DNA from: Takakia lepidozioides
Lineage: Eukaryota; Plantae; Bryophyta
Reading direction: 5' to 3'
NCBI GenBank assembly: GCA_030704615.1
Contig: CM060732.1
Location: 35,464,001 to 35,528,000, forward strand
DNA: 64,000 bases
The position numbers and the translations under genes are program-made. Positions 35,197 through 48,277 of the stretch are shown piece after piece (position 1 is the first letter of the stretch; each line of letters opens with the position of its first letter). The notes under the pieces are model-generated. The model did no database searches, was not told the DNA's origin, and was given only the letters and a program-made list of their open reading frames with translations.

Positions 35197-38100
35197 AACC
35201 ACTTCATCCATCACCGGTGCTGCAATGTCTTGACATTCTACCTGTGGTACCTCCGACACAGGTGTGTGTATTATATGCACCTCAGGATTTCCCTTGGGCA
35301 ACTGTTGCACCTCTGGAATCTCTGTCTCCTTGACCAAACCAGAATATTCATAGAGAAGGTCTCCCTTCTCAATTTCTGCCACTATCTGTTCTGTAGTTGG
35401 AATGTCTAACCCTTCTTTTTCCAAATCAATTATTTCTGGTTGAGCTGCATGGACAACTTGTGATAACCTTGTGACAAGCCGATCATCTGGCTGTGATGGC
35501 TGTGATACTGAAGTAACTTCCTCTTCCCTCTCTGAAGGTCCTGCTTCTAGTAATAGCAGTTCTCTGTGCTGCTGTGCCCCTTCCTGCACAAAAACTTGGG
35601 AAACATTATCATGCGGATTTCGTGAAGCTAGTGGATCCGCCACTACAGTCTTTCCCCGCCTCTGTCTCTTATTCTCGGGTTGCCCTGCTAGTCCACCCTC
35701 ACTGTGTGAAGAGCCTTGCTCTTCCATTGCAGTGGTTTCTGGCTCAAACACTCCCATCTCCTTTCTTTCTCGAGCATCAAGGATGCCAGAATCAAGAATT
35801 ATTTGAGCAATGATTGGGCCAGACACTATGATAGGAGACTTTGCGGCAGTACCCTGTAATCTTTTCATTTCCTCTACCAGTGCGTTGTACATTATGTCCG
35901 CCCATTCTACCTCTTCTCCTCTCAGGGCTTTGAGTATTTCCTCTGTGAAGGATCGGCTCAAATACTGTTGGTTCTATTTCATGGCAAACAGAACGTTCAA
36001 TACCTGGCCTACCTCCTTTAGCCCTGGGTACACGGCCTTGGTACAAGCATAACCTTGAGTTTTAAAGAAACTCCCTTCTTGGAATAAGTCCCCTATTTGC
36101 AGTCTTGCCCTGTGCTCCTCCACATGCACCTGACCTGCTGGCAATTGAAACAATTGCTGTAGGTATAGGGGAGTAATTACTAATTCAACTCCCTTCACCG
36201 TTGTTGCTCCTGTTCTTGGCTCAAAATTCTGCAAGAATTGTAACATGTACTGTCTATGGTGTAATGTCTAATCTTTGCTTTGCAATCCTTGTAATCTCAG
36301 CTCCTTCAGTAACTGTATCGCCTGTGGAGTAGCAATCGTTTGTTTCTGCAGGATTGTGGTGCTCTTCACCCTGATTTCCTCCATTCCTCTTACTCTCTTC
36401 ATTCTAGACCCACATAAATGTTTTGGCTGTAACAATTGAAGAAATGCCTGTAGTGCACAAAGCACAAACGTATGGTTGCCACAAAAAGCTATGGGTAATT
36501 TCTTGTAAGCCTGCGGGGCTTGCAAGCATCGCTCAAGAGAAAAGATCCGTTCTGTTCTTTTGTCCCTATGCCACTGCGTAAGTAGTATTGCGAGTGTATA
36601 GTCTGTTAGTTCCTCCATAGCTTCAAAGCTATCGCATTGATGGTTTGTCCCGTCGAGACGCCCGTTACTTAGAACGACGCCGACTCTTGCGCTTAATTTC
36701 CCTCCAATTTCTTGATCCCTTCTCTGGCTTTCTATTGGCTGTAACCGCTGTGACTGGATTTTAGATTTAATTTTCTTTAGTGGACTTTCCCTGCTGGACT
36801 GTCCACTAGGATCACACATGTGACAAGAATTTTGCTTTTCTGTACTTGCCGTTTGTTCCGTTGCCCTTTTTCCGTATTCATTAATGGGCCCGCCATTCAT
36901 CCGAATTGACGCGCTAAGTAGGTACTTTGACGGCCATTCTTGTCCTCTTTCTTGATGACACCTGTTCTTGCACTTCGTTCTCAGCTGTGCGTCGTGCCCT
37001 GATTTCCACGTGTCTATTTTTAAACTAGCTTCCGTCCTTTCTTCCGCCGGCCATTTCCCTGAAGTTATCCTGCGTCCACCTGTCACTGATTCTATGGATT
37101 GTGTAACCCTAGTAGGCTGTGTTGAGCTGTGACAGGCTGTGTCATATTGTGGTACGCTGTGATAGGCTGTGATGCACTGTGGTAAACTGTGATAGGCTGT
37201 GACACGCTGTGGTAGGTTGTGATAGGCTGTGTTGCGCCGTGCTGGGCTGTGATATGCTGTGTCGCGCCGTGCTGGGCTGTGATAGGTTGTGTTTCGCCTT
37301 GATAGGCTGTGATAGGCTGTGTCACGCTTGTTCTGCCCGCCCTGGTCATATATGCTCGGCCTAGCGACAAGTGCTCCATACTCCGTTGGTAACACTGGCG
37401 CAGCCCGTGACTGCTTCTGCGTTTCAACATGCAAATCATGCTGCAATGGTTTGTCATGGATACCACTGTATCCCTTCAACTTATTGGCATTGACTCTTCC
37501 CAGCATTTCTTTGTTAATGGTTTGTAACATGGCGGTGTTGTTATCATACATCTTTTGTATGACATAAGGTCCTTTCCATGGTGATTTAAGCTTAGAAACT
37601 TTAATCTTTCCCTTCTTCTGCAACCATAGAACCAAATCTCCCGTCTTAAAAGTTTTTAACTTGTCTTCATCAAACTGTTCTTTCCTCTTCATCTGAATTC
37701 TGGTCATATTATCAGCTGCATCAGCACGTACTTCTTCCACATGGTATAATTCATGTTTCCTGACCTTAATGGAATCTTGCAATTCCATTCTCTTTCCCCA
37801 TTCCGTTCTCATGGTAGGTAACAGGAATTCCACTGGAAGTAAGGCTTCCATACCATAAACTAATTGGAATGGTGTATACTTAGTGGTGACTTTATATGAA
37901 GTCCTGTATGACCACAAAGCTGTCAACAGCTTTGTATCCCAATCCGTTCTGTTTGCATTGACTATCTTAGCCAAGATAGTACATAGTATTTTGTTGGTAG
38001 CCTCTGCCTGTCCATTACCCTGTGGGTAATATGTTGTACTCTTCCTATGCACAATCATGAATTCTTTAGTCAATAATCAATGGTCTCATTAATGAAGTGA

Positions 38101-41100
38101 CTTCCCTGATCACTGATAAATTCTAAGGGACAGCCAAATCGTGTAAGTATGTTCTCATACAGGAACCTTGCTGTGGACTTGGCTGTGTTGTCCCTCAAAG
38201 CTTTAGCTTCCACCCACTTCGTAGTATAATCAGTGGCTGTAATTATGTACCTGTTCGTGTATTCTTGGCTGGTGGGTTAATTGGTCCAACAAAGTCTAGT
38301 CCCCATTTCTGAAATGGTTCCGTAGGCATTGTAGGATGCAAGGCCATCCTTCCAGATCTCTGCAAAGGTCCTAGCCTCTGACATTCATCACAACTTTGAC
38401 AATACTGTGTACATCTTTGAACAAAGTAGGCCACCAGTAACCTGCGAGTAGTATCTTTCTACTGGTAGTCTCTTCTCCAAAATGACCTCCAGCCACTCCT
38501 TTATGAACTTCCTCCAAAACTTTATTTACTTCATGGTGGTACAAGCATCGTTTTAGTACTCCATCAGGTCCTAGCTTATACATTCTGCTTCCTACCATAG
38601 TATAAGGTAAAGCTTTGATAGCGATTCTCTTCCTCTGCTCCTTACCATAACTAGGTGGGCATTGACCATGAGTAAGGTAGTATCTGATTGGCCACTGCCA
38701 ATCTAACCATTCATCTGCACTTCCTTGCACCTCCATTACAAATAAACTCGCATCAGGTAAGTGATCGTCCACTCCTGTGGCGGCCTCTCCTGTTGTTAGT
38801 CGTGACAAATGATCTGCCACAAGATGCAAACGGCCAGGCTTGTAAATAACTTCGAACTCAAACTCATGCAAGATTATTAACCACCTCGCTATCCTTCCAC
38901 TTATCAAAGGTTTGTTCACCAGATATATCAGAGCCTGGTGATCCACATAGAACATAAACTTTCTTCCCAATAGGTAATGCCTGAATTTCTTGACTGCATA
39001 AATCATTGCAAGTGCTTCTCTTTCAGTTGTGCTATAGTTCCTTTCAGCACTGTTCATCAACCTGCTAGCATAGTACACAGTGAATCTATATTTCCTGTAA
39101 ACATTCTGGCTAACACCGCTCCCAACGCTTCTCCTGATGCATCGCAGTGAACATGAAATACTACATGCCAGTGAGGGTTAATCAGCACAGGTGTAGTTGT
39201 TACTGACAGTGTAAGTTCCTCAAACGTCTGTTGACATTCAGCTGTCCAGGCAAACACTGCATCTTTCTTCAGAAGCTTGCTCAATGGTGTGTGTTATTTG
39301 TGCATACCTTTTGACAAATCTTCTGTAATAACTGGTTTGCCCAGGAATCTCCTTAAACTCTTAACATTCACTGGTGGTGGAGAGGCTTTAATGGACTCTA
39401 TCTTCCTGGGATCCACAAGAAGTCCCTTCTTACACACAATGTGTCCCAGAAGCACCCTGAGTTCACATAGAAAGTACACTTCTCTGGATTCAGGCCCAGA
39501 CCTCTCATCCTGCATCTGGCCAGACATAACTCCAATTTATGCAAGTGCTCATCCTTAGAGCTGTACACACTGAAATCATCCAAGAACACCTGCATGAAAT
39601 CATCCAGATACTCATGAAAAGATTCACTTATTACTCTCTGAAAGGTTGCTGGTGCATTACAAAGTCCAAAGGGCATGACTTTGTATGCATAAGCACCCCA
39701 GTCTGTGATGAAAGCTGTCTTTCCTTGATCTTCTTCTGCCACTTGCACTTGATTATAACCACTGAAACCATCCATGAATGAGTACATCTCATGGCCTGCC
39801 ACAGTGTCCAATACTGCTTCTGTGAATGGCAAAGGGAAAGGATCTTTCTTCGTACAAGCATTCAGCTTCTTGTAGTTCACACATACTCTTAGTTTACCAT
39901 TCTTCTTGGGAACTATAACAATGGGTGACAACCAAGTTGTATACTCTATTGGGTATATAACTTAGCCTCAGCCAACTTCTTGATCTCTTCTCCAACCTTC
40001 TGTGCGTAGTTGGGATTCATTCTGTACCTCGCCTGCTTGATTGGTACTGACCCTGGTTCCAGTTCAATCTTATGCTGACAGACTTCAGGTGGTATCCCTT
40101 TTAGATCCTCATAGCTCCAAGCAAATACATCTTTGTATTTGATGAACAAGCTCTTAGCTTCTTCAAAGAATTCTGGCTCCAAATCAGCTCCTACTTTCAC
40201 TATCCTTGGTTCCTCTTTAGTTCCCACATTCACTTCCCTTTCCTGCTCATCAGCTGTGATTGTCCAACCAGTCACCACTTCATCCTGTAAGCTCACAGTG
40301 GCTGGTTCTTCTAGGATTTCCATTTCTCCTTCTTTTTCTTCATAGAATGTGATTGGGTAACTGCTGGTTTCCTCTTCAATCGGTGTTGTTGACACTACAC
40401 CATAGCAGATACCCCTTAAACAACTTAGGCCTTCCAGCCGCATCTCTGCAACCTGCTCCCACTCTGGGTGTGCAGCAAATAGGGTAGCTTCATGCTCCTC
40501 ATCCAGTCCTCCTTTCCAGTCATACTCTCTGACTCCTCGAGGTCTTCTCGTAGCAGTAATCTACTAGATTTCTTGTGTAATTTGTATCTCGTGTATCCCA
40601 TTATGCACGGTTAGTAACTGAGAATTCCAGTCATGGAATACCCTGGCCTGTTTTCAGCCACGGACGTCCCAATAATAAGGAGTAAGCCTCCATGACTTCA
40701 TCCATCTTCAACACAGTTACTGTGATCATAAAGATCATCTTCTGTATCTGTATCTTAACTCCTCTTATTAATCCCAATGGCTGTACACTTCTTTGATCTG
40801 CCATTGTTACTGTAAATGGGGCTCGTTTCATGTTACTTAAGACCAAGCTTCTTTCTCAATTGGTCTGTCATGATATTTACTCCAGAACCTCCATCTATCA
40901 GTACATCAGTTAGTTCAGTGCTTCCAATTCTCAATTGGATTACTGGCATAGAATCATCAAAGTCCATGACTGTTTCTCGCCCTTCCGGCTTCACATTTAA
41001 TAGTAGTCACCTTGCTGTTCAGGTCTGTGTTTCCTGTCTCCTGGGCAATTCGATTGATTGCTTGATACAGCCTGTGCCTACAATAAGGTGCCACAGCCAA

Positions 41101-41590
41101 TAGCTGTCCATGGTAATCTCTGCTTTGGTCTGGCATATTACTTCAGCCAAAGTCTCTTCATTACTTTGCATGTCTGCATCTTCTTTCTTTCTTTCATCCT
41201 CACTCACTTCTTCTTCTCCATCAGAATCAGAGGAATCTGCCACAGGAATATCAATACTCTTCTGCATTTCCCTTATGGTATCTGCCACTTCATTGTGCAG
41301 TTCCTTCTCATCTTTCCAAGTCTCTTCATCTTCAGGCATATCACTGCCACCTTCATTATCATCATCTTCCTCAGCTACTGGAGGTATTAGTTTGGCTTTG
41401 CTTCTGGTTACTATCATTGTACTTACTTCTGGTACAACACATGGCCTAACCATGTGAGCTGCCACCACTGGGGCCCTCATTCACAGAAGCTCTCATCTCA
41501 TTCTGGTGTCTTATCCAGAATGAACAGGCTGCCCTGCGATGTCCTGGCTGATTACAATAGTAACATAGTTCTTCACCATTGGGTCCTGGC
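35197..41590 (-). pseudogene. pol: Element C: 3' gag, pol and N-terminal half of the accessory region
   Basis: PR 40631-40970, RT 39398-39931, RH-IN 38371-39078, and a 601-aa IN-linker-accessory ORF at 36268-38073. Confidence 0.93.
37113..37325 (-). repeat. 30-bp TAYHS coding repeat (element C)
   Basis: Seven 10-aa units, in frame within ORF 36268-38073. Confidence 0.9.
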
Positions 41591-41805
41591 GGGGGCTGCT
41601 ATTTCATGAGCAGCATGAGTATGAGCGGAAAAAAAAAAAGCATGAGCAGACCAGTGAGTCCACGGAAATAGGGTTAGGAGGCACGGAAATAGGGTCATGT
41701 GAAGTTGGAATGTGGCACCAGTGGACTTGAAATGCAACATTTTATTGCAAATTTTGTGGCAAGCCACGTCTATACAAGTGTGTTCTAACTGTCATAGCCG
41801 GAATG
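41591..41805 (+). repeat. Left terminal region of MULE (CATGAGC subterminal motifs)
   Basis: Near-identical to 58250-58466. Confidence 0.85.
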
Positions 41806-42007
41806 GGCACTACTCTCCTACACCCTCCGAGGAACTTGCCCCACCTCTTCCCTCATCCCTCTCATCCTCCTCATCCCCCTCATCCCCCTCATCCTCCGAG
41901 CTTTGTGATGCATCAGTTCCACTATGCCTCTCAAAAATCTCGTCCTCTTGGGGGACTGTCCACCTCACCTCCTGGGAATCTTCTGCATCTTCTCCCCCAT
42001 CTCTCCC

Positions 42008-45000
42008 CAAATTTTGCGCGCCGACCTACCTGGTGGATGGAAATCCGGCGCCGGATTTCCATACATCCGCTCTTCGAATTACCTGCATGACTGGAAAAAT
42101 GGCGCCAAATTTCCGATTTTGGTGCCAGCAACCCTAGGGACTTAGCCATTTTCGGCCCCGAAAATGGCTAAGTCCCAGATCTGATAGGGCGCGGAACTGG
42201 AAAAATGGTGTCGAATTTCCAGTTGCGGTTCCAGCCATCGTAGGGACTTAGCCATTTTCGGGGCCGAAAATGGCTAAGTCCCAGATCTGACAGGGCCCCA
42301 AAATAGAAAAATGGCGTTTTTTTTTTTTTTTTTTTTTTCGGCGTCATTTTTCTAGTTCGGGGCCGAAAATGGCTAAGTCCCAGATCTGACTGGGCCCAGA
42401 ACTGGAAAAATGGCGCCGAATTTCCGATTTTGGGTGCTAGTCAGATCTGGGACTTAGCCGTTTTCGGCCCCGAACTGGAAAAATGGCGTTTTATTTTTAT
42501 TTTATTTTTTTTCGGCGCCATTTTTCCAGTTCGGGGCCGAAAATGGCCAAGTCCCAGATCTGACTGGCACCAAAATCGGAAATTCGGCGCCATTTTTCCA
42601 GTCATGAAGGTAATTCGAAGAGCGGATGGATTTCCATCCGTGAGGTAGATCGGCGCGCAAAATTTCCATCATGCAGGTAATTCGGAGCGCGAATGGATGG
42701 AAATCCGGCGCCGGATTTCCATCCATCGCTCTTCGAATACCTCCATGACTGGAAAAATGGCGCCAAATTTCGATTTTGGTGCCAGTCAGATCTAGGACTT
42801 AGCAGTTTCGGCCCGAACTGGAGAAATGGCGTTTGTTTTTTTTTTTTTTTTTTTTTTTTTTTGGCGCCATTTTTCGGTTCGGGGCCGAAAATGGCTAAGT
42901 CCCAGATCTGACTGGCACCAAAATCGGAAATTCGGAGCCATTTTTCCAGTCATGCAGGTAATTCGAAGAGCGGATGGATGGAAATCCGACGCCGGATTTC
43001 CATCCGCCAGGTAGGTCGGCGCGCAAAATTTCCATCATGCAGGTAATTCGGAGTGCGGATGATGGAAATCCGGCGCCGGATTTCCATCCGCGAGGTAGAT
43101 CGGCGCGCAAAATTTCCATCATGCAGGTAATTCGGAGCGCGGATGGATGGAAATCCGGCGCCGGATTTCCATCCATCGCTCTTCGAATTACCTGCATGAC
43201 TGGAAAAAATGGCGCCGAATTTCCGATTTTGGTGCCAGTCACATCTGGGACTTAGCCGTTTTCGGCCCCGAACTGGAAAAATGGCGTTTTCTTTTTAAAT
43301 TTTTTTTTTTCGGCGCCATTTTTCCAATTCGGGGCCGAAAATGGCTAAGTCTTCAGATCTGACTGGCACCAAAATCGGAAATTCGGCGCCATTTTTCCAG
43401 TCATGGAGGTAATTCGAAGAGCGGATGGATGGAAATCCGGCGCCGGATTTCCATCCGCCAGGTAGGTCGGCGCGCAAAATTTCCATCATGCAAGTAATTC
43501 GGAGCGCGGATGGATGGAAATCCGGCGCCGGATTTCCATCCATCCATCCGCTCTTCGAATTACCTCCATGACTGGAAAAATGGCGCCGAATTTCCGATTT
43601 TTGTGCCAGTCAGATCTGGGACTTAGCCATTTTCGGCCACGAACAAGAAAAATGGCGTTTTTTTTTTTTTTTTTTTTTTCGGCGCCATTTTTCCAGTTCA
43701 GGGCCGAAAATGGCTAAGTCCCAGATCTGACTGGCACCAAAATCGGAAATTCGGCGCCATTTTTCCAGTCATGCAGGTAATTCGAAGAGCGGATGGATGG
43801 AAATCCGGCGCCGGATTTCCATCCGCCAGGTAGGTCGGCGCGCAAAATTTCCATCATGCAGGTAATTCGGACCGCGGATGGATGGGAATCCGAAGCCGGA
43901 TTTCCATCCATCCGCTCTTCGAATTACTTCCATGACTGGAAAAATGGCGCCGAATTTCCGATTTTGGTGCCAGTCAGATCTAGGACTTAGCCGTTTTCGG
44001 CCCCGAACTGGAAAAATGGCGTTTTTTTTTTTTTTTTTTTTTTTTCGGTGCCATTTTCCAGTTCGGGGCCGAAAATGGCTAAGTCCCAGATCTGACTGGC
44101 ACCAAAATCGGAAATTCGGCGCTATTTTTCCAGTCATGCAGGTAATACAAAGAGCGGATGGATGGAAATCCGGCGCCGGATTTCTATCCTAGGTAGTAAG
44201 TCGGCGCGCAAAATTTCCGTCATGCAGGTAATTCGAAGAGCGGATGGATGGAAATACGGCGCCGGATTTCCATCCGCCAGGTAGGTTGGCGCGCAAAATT
44301 TCCATCATGCAGGTAATTCGGAGTGCGGATGGATGGAAATCCGGCGCCGGATTTCCATCCTCCAGGTAAGTCGGCGCTGCAAATTCGGTAGGGCGGCGCG
44401 CCAAATTTCCCTCACGCAGGTAATTCGGAAGCGGATGGATGGAAATCCGGCGCCGGATTTCCATCCGCGCAGGTAGGGCGGTGCGCCGAATTTCCATCCA
44501 GCAGGTAAGTGGAATCCGGGATGGATGGAAATCCGGCGCGCATTTCCATCCAGCAGGTAAGTGGAATCCCGGATGGATGGAAATCCGGCGCCGCATTTCC
44601 ATCCTGCAGGTAATTGGAATCCCGGATGGATGGAAATTCGTCGCCCGAATTTCCATCCAGCAGATAAGTCGAATCCCGGATGGATGGAAATCCGGCGCGC
44701 CAAATTTCCATCCAGCAGGTAAGTCGGATCGCTGGCGTATGGATATTCGGCGCCGAATTTCCATCCAGCAAGGTAAGTCAGATCGCTGGCGTATGGATAT
44801 TCGGCGCGCCGATTTCCATTCACCAGGTATTTCATTCGCACATCAGTATTTCTCGCGCATAGTTAACCTTCTGCAGGTAATTTCTGATCGATGGATTACC
44901 TTCGTGCAGATAATTCTGAGCGAGGAACTACCTTCCTACCTTCATCGATCAGAATTACTTGCAGGAAGGTAATTCTCAGATCAGAATTACCTGCAGGAAG

Positions 45001-46140
45001 GTAACTCTGAGCGATGAAATACCTGGTGAATGGAAATTCGGCGCCGAATTCCATACGCAAGCTATCCGACCTTACCTGCTGGATGGAAATTCGGCGCGGA
45101 TTTCCAATCCATCGGGGTTTCGAATTACCTGCAGGATGGAAATTCGGCGCCGGATTTCCATCCATCCGGGATTCCACTTACCTGCTGGATGGAAATTCGG
45201 CGCCGAATTTCCATCCATCCGGGATTCGAAATTACCTGCTGGATGGAAATTCGGCGCCGATTTCCATCCATCCGGGATTCGAATTACCTGCAGGATGGAA
45301 ATTCGGCGCCGGATTCTCATCCATCCGGGATTGCACTTACCTGCTGGATGGAAATTCGGCGCCGAATTTCCATCCATCCGGGATTCGAATTACCTGCAGG
45401 ATGGAAATTCGGCGCCGGATTTCCATCCATCCGGGATTGCACTTACCTGCTGAATGGAAATTCGCGCCGAATTTCCATCCGCCGGGGATGGTCTCTGTCG
45501 AGAGTGCCGGCCTTTCCGCCGCTCTTTTGGATATTCGGTGCCGAATTTCCTTCCGTCCGGGGTTGAAATATGACGGCCAGGTGCCGACCTCTCCCCCCTC
45601 CCCGACTGCATTGGAACGGCCCCGGATTGAAATTCGGCGCCGTTTTCCCATCTGGGGAGGTTTTTATGTCGGCCAGTTTTCGGTCTGACCCCCCCGACAA
45701 CGACACGACTTCCTTTGGGAGGGGCCGGATGGAAATTCGGCGCCGATCTCCATCCAGGGGATGCTCTCTGTCGAACACATGCCGACCTCTACGCGCCGAG
45801 GCGACTTCATCCGGGCGTCCCCTGTTCGATATTCGGTGCCGAATTTCCGTCCGGGGTTGTTTGAAATGTGGACGGCCAAGTGCCGCCTCTCCCCCCTCCC
45901 CGAGTGCATCCGAACCGCCTCGGATGAAATTCGGCGCCGTTTTTCCATGCTTTTATTTTTTATGCCGGTCAGTTTTCGGCCTGACCCCCCGACACGACTT
46001 CCTTTGGGGGGGCCCGATGGAAATTCGGCGCCGAATCTCCATCAAGGGGATGTTCTCTGTCGCACACGCGCTGGCCTCTGCGCCCGAGGCAACTTCATCC
46101 GGGCTTCCCCTATTGGATATTGGGTGCCGAATTTCCATTT
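42008..46140. repeat. Nested-palindrome tandem array (core GGATGGAAATCCGGCGCCGGATTTCCATCC; ~360-bp higher-order unit with poly-T loops)
   Basis: Perfect 30-bp palindrome repeated many times. Poly-T centres near 42325, 42500, 42850, 43300, 43670 and 44030. Degenerates after 45480. Confidence 0.93.
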
Positions 46141-46446
46141 GGGGGTAGTAATGTGACGGCACGGTGCCGGCTTCTCCCCTTCAGCCGTCATCTCCGGACG
46201 GCCCCCCACTTTCTGACTGGCATACCGTTGGCAGTTATTGCGCAAAGACCAGGGGCCCGCATTCCGGAGACAAGGTTCATTAATACCTGGACTCTGACTC
46301 TGATTTTTTGAGATAGTTGGCTCCCTGGATTTGGATCAGGCTTTGTCGCTGGACAAATCGGCACCGCATTCCTTCCCATCGCTGCATCCCCCTTCTACAG
46401 GGAGCTTCCCCCCACGCCATCCTGGCAGTCTTGTGTGCCATCTCCC

Positions 46447-48277
46447 ATGGCGGAGAACCCGAGCGCTACAGTGTACTGCCCTCCTCACGAGCATAGAGCT
46501 TCATTTCCGTGTGGAGGGGACATCTGCCGGGTGATGGAGAACATCTGTGCGTTCGATACCACCTGAAACCGGGGTCGGTTTTTTGGAGGAGGAAAGGAAG
46601 GACTCAAACGGCCTTGTTGTCGAGATTATTGTTGTGCTCACCCGATGATTTCGGCGATGGCAGAGAATGGCGAGTTCCACCTCGGACAGCGTCATATACA
46701 GGGCTGTTGGGGACTTCATTGCCCGCCAAATGCACCTTCTATCCTGGCGCCTTCCACGAAACAATCCCCGAATCAGAGAGTGGCTACCTTCAAAGAGAGA
46801 AGTCCACAACGAAGTAAATCCAGAGCCGAACCCATCCATGAAGACGAGCGAGAACCCGGTTGTTCACAACCTGTCCGACTCAGACGAGTCATGGAAGTTC
46901 CGAGGTCGTCCTGGAGATCAGGCAAGTCCTCAATGGACGTAGTGGAGGAGGGAGTCCATATTCCCAGCACGAGCACCGCAGTTCGATCTATTCTTGAAAT
47001 TCGCGAGGGCTTCACCTGGAGGGACATCGGTCGGAGCTGGCCGGGCTGGACTACAGCAAGTTTGCAATTAAATGGTTACATGCCTTCCCGCCGACGTCGA
47101 CGGTAATATCTTCTTTGAGTTCCCTCCTCGGGCGGACTACTCGAGGGGTCCGGAATGTTGACAGATATGGATAGAAAAACATGACGGTCATCCTTGTGTG
47201 CGTTACCAAAACCACCAGCATGAAGTGCTCGATGGTGTGCGGGTGCGCTACGTTCTTTGTGCGGGCGCGTTGCGGTGTTTCTTTTCTCCCCACTTGCTTC
47301 CACTTTAAATCCAGAGGTCACAGGAGAGACCGATTGGACAGGCACAGCTCATCAACCATTTCGAGCTCATGAGAAGGTCTCGAACTCCACATTTAAGTGT
47401 GCGCATTGCAAAGAACCCCCCAACTGCATGTCTGTTTGTAAATGCAAGCAGTTCTATTGTTTGCACCGTTTCCTGGACCTCACCCGAGCTTGCATACACG
47501 TTGGTTCCCATTGTCACAAATTGGCGAGGGGGAACTCGCGGGAGGCTGCCGACCACGAAGCAGAGCAGCTCGTTCAGGAGGAGGTTAAGTTGAGACCCGG
47601 GTGCCAAACCCAAACAGATACAGCTCCAAGCCGCCCATAAATATGGCATTGGCCAAAATTATGTCGGAAGACCTCCCGATAGAGTTCCTCTTGACGAGAA
47701 GGAAATGGAGGCATTGCTGGAGTCGTTCCCACATATGTTCACCGAATGTCCGAAACCACATTGTCTCATGCAAACAGAAAATTGGGCGTGGCTCGGATAT
47801 GCACTCCATTCTGGAGGTGAAGCGATGATGTGGATATGACTACATTCATGGAAGTAGGTTTCCAGGACAAGGGACTGAGGCAGATCGTTTTTCGTATTCA
47901 AAATGTCGTCGTTGTGGACCTGGCAGCGGCGTCGAACTGGTCGACAGGATGAAGAGTGGGAACTTGTCAAACAGTTGGGTCATGTTCGACCATATCAAGC
48001 GAATTACAAATCACCAGTGGGTGACAATGGGTGCACATGTCTACGACACCCACTGCAAGGATGCTAATGACAATGCTATTTGTGAGATGAAAGGAGAGGA
48101 CACACAATCGGAGATGCTTCTTTGGCAGGGAATAACCGAACAGATGGCTAAGGCGGGATTGCCCCCTCCCAATTTCCGTGGTTTCATGGCGGACAACGCA
48201 CAAGCAAATTGGGCTGCCATCCGAAGGGTGTACGGGCAAGACCCCAATGTTCCCATGGAAGGCAAGGAGAGATATTG
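46447..48277 (+). pseudogene. Mutator-like DDE transposase with GCM/WRKY-like Zn-binding N-terminal domain, frameshifted and 3'-truncated
   Basis: HDGHP...CAGALRC...C..C..C..C...IHVGSHCH, then WVMFDH (D1), FMADNAQANW (D2), and ERYC cut inside the CxxH motif. Confidence 0.72.

Larger units (their letters stand above)
41591..48277 (+). mobile_element. Composite Mutator-like insertion in gag of element C (left terminus present, right end truncated)
   Basis: Starts GGGGGCTGCTATTTCATGAGC. Flanked by tgggtcct(g/c)gc at 41580-41590 and 48278-48288. Gag resumes on both sides. Confidence 0.75.

Noticed and set aside
41808-41813. CACTAC as a CACTA terminus
   Set aside because: No matching inverted end or 3-bp TSD found, and the downstream transposase is MULE-like.
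42008-45480. Palindromic repeats resembling a CRISPR array, and many MEIRRRISI/MDGNPAPDF ORFs
   Set aside because: The spacers are themselves repeated and inverted, there are no cas genes, and the context is eukaryotic. The ORFs appear on both strands because the repeat is symmetric and poor in stop codons.
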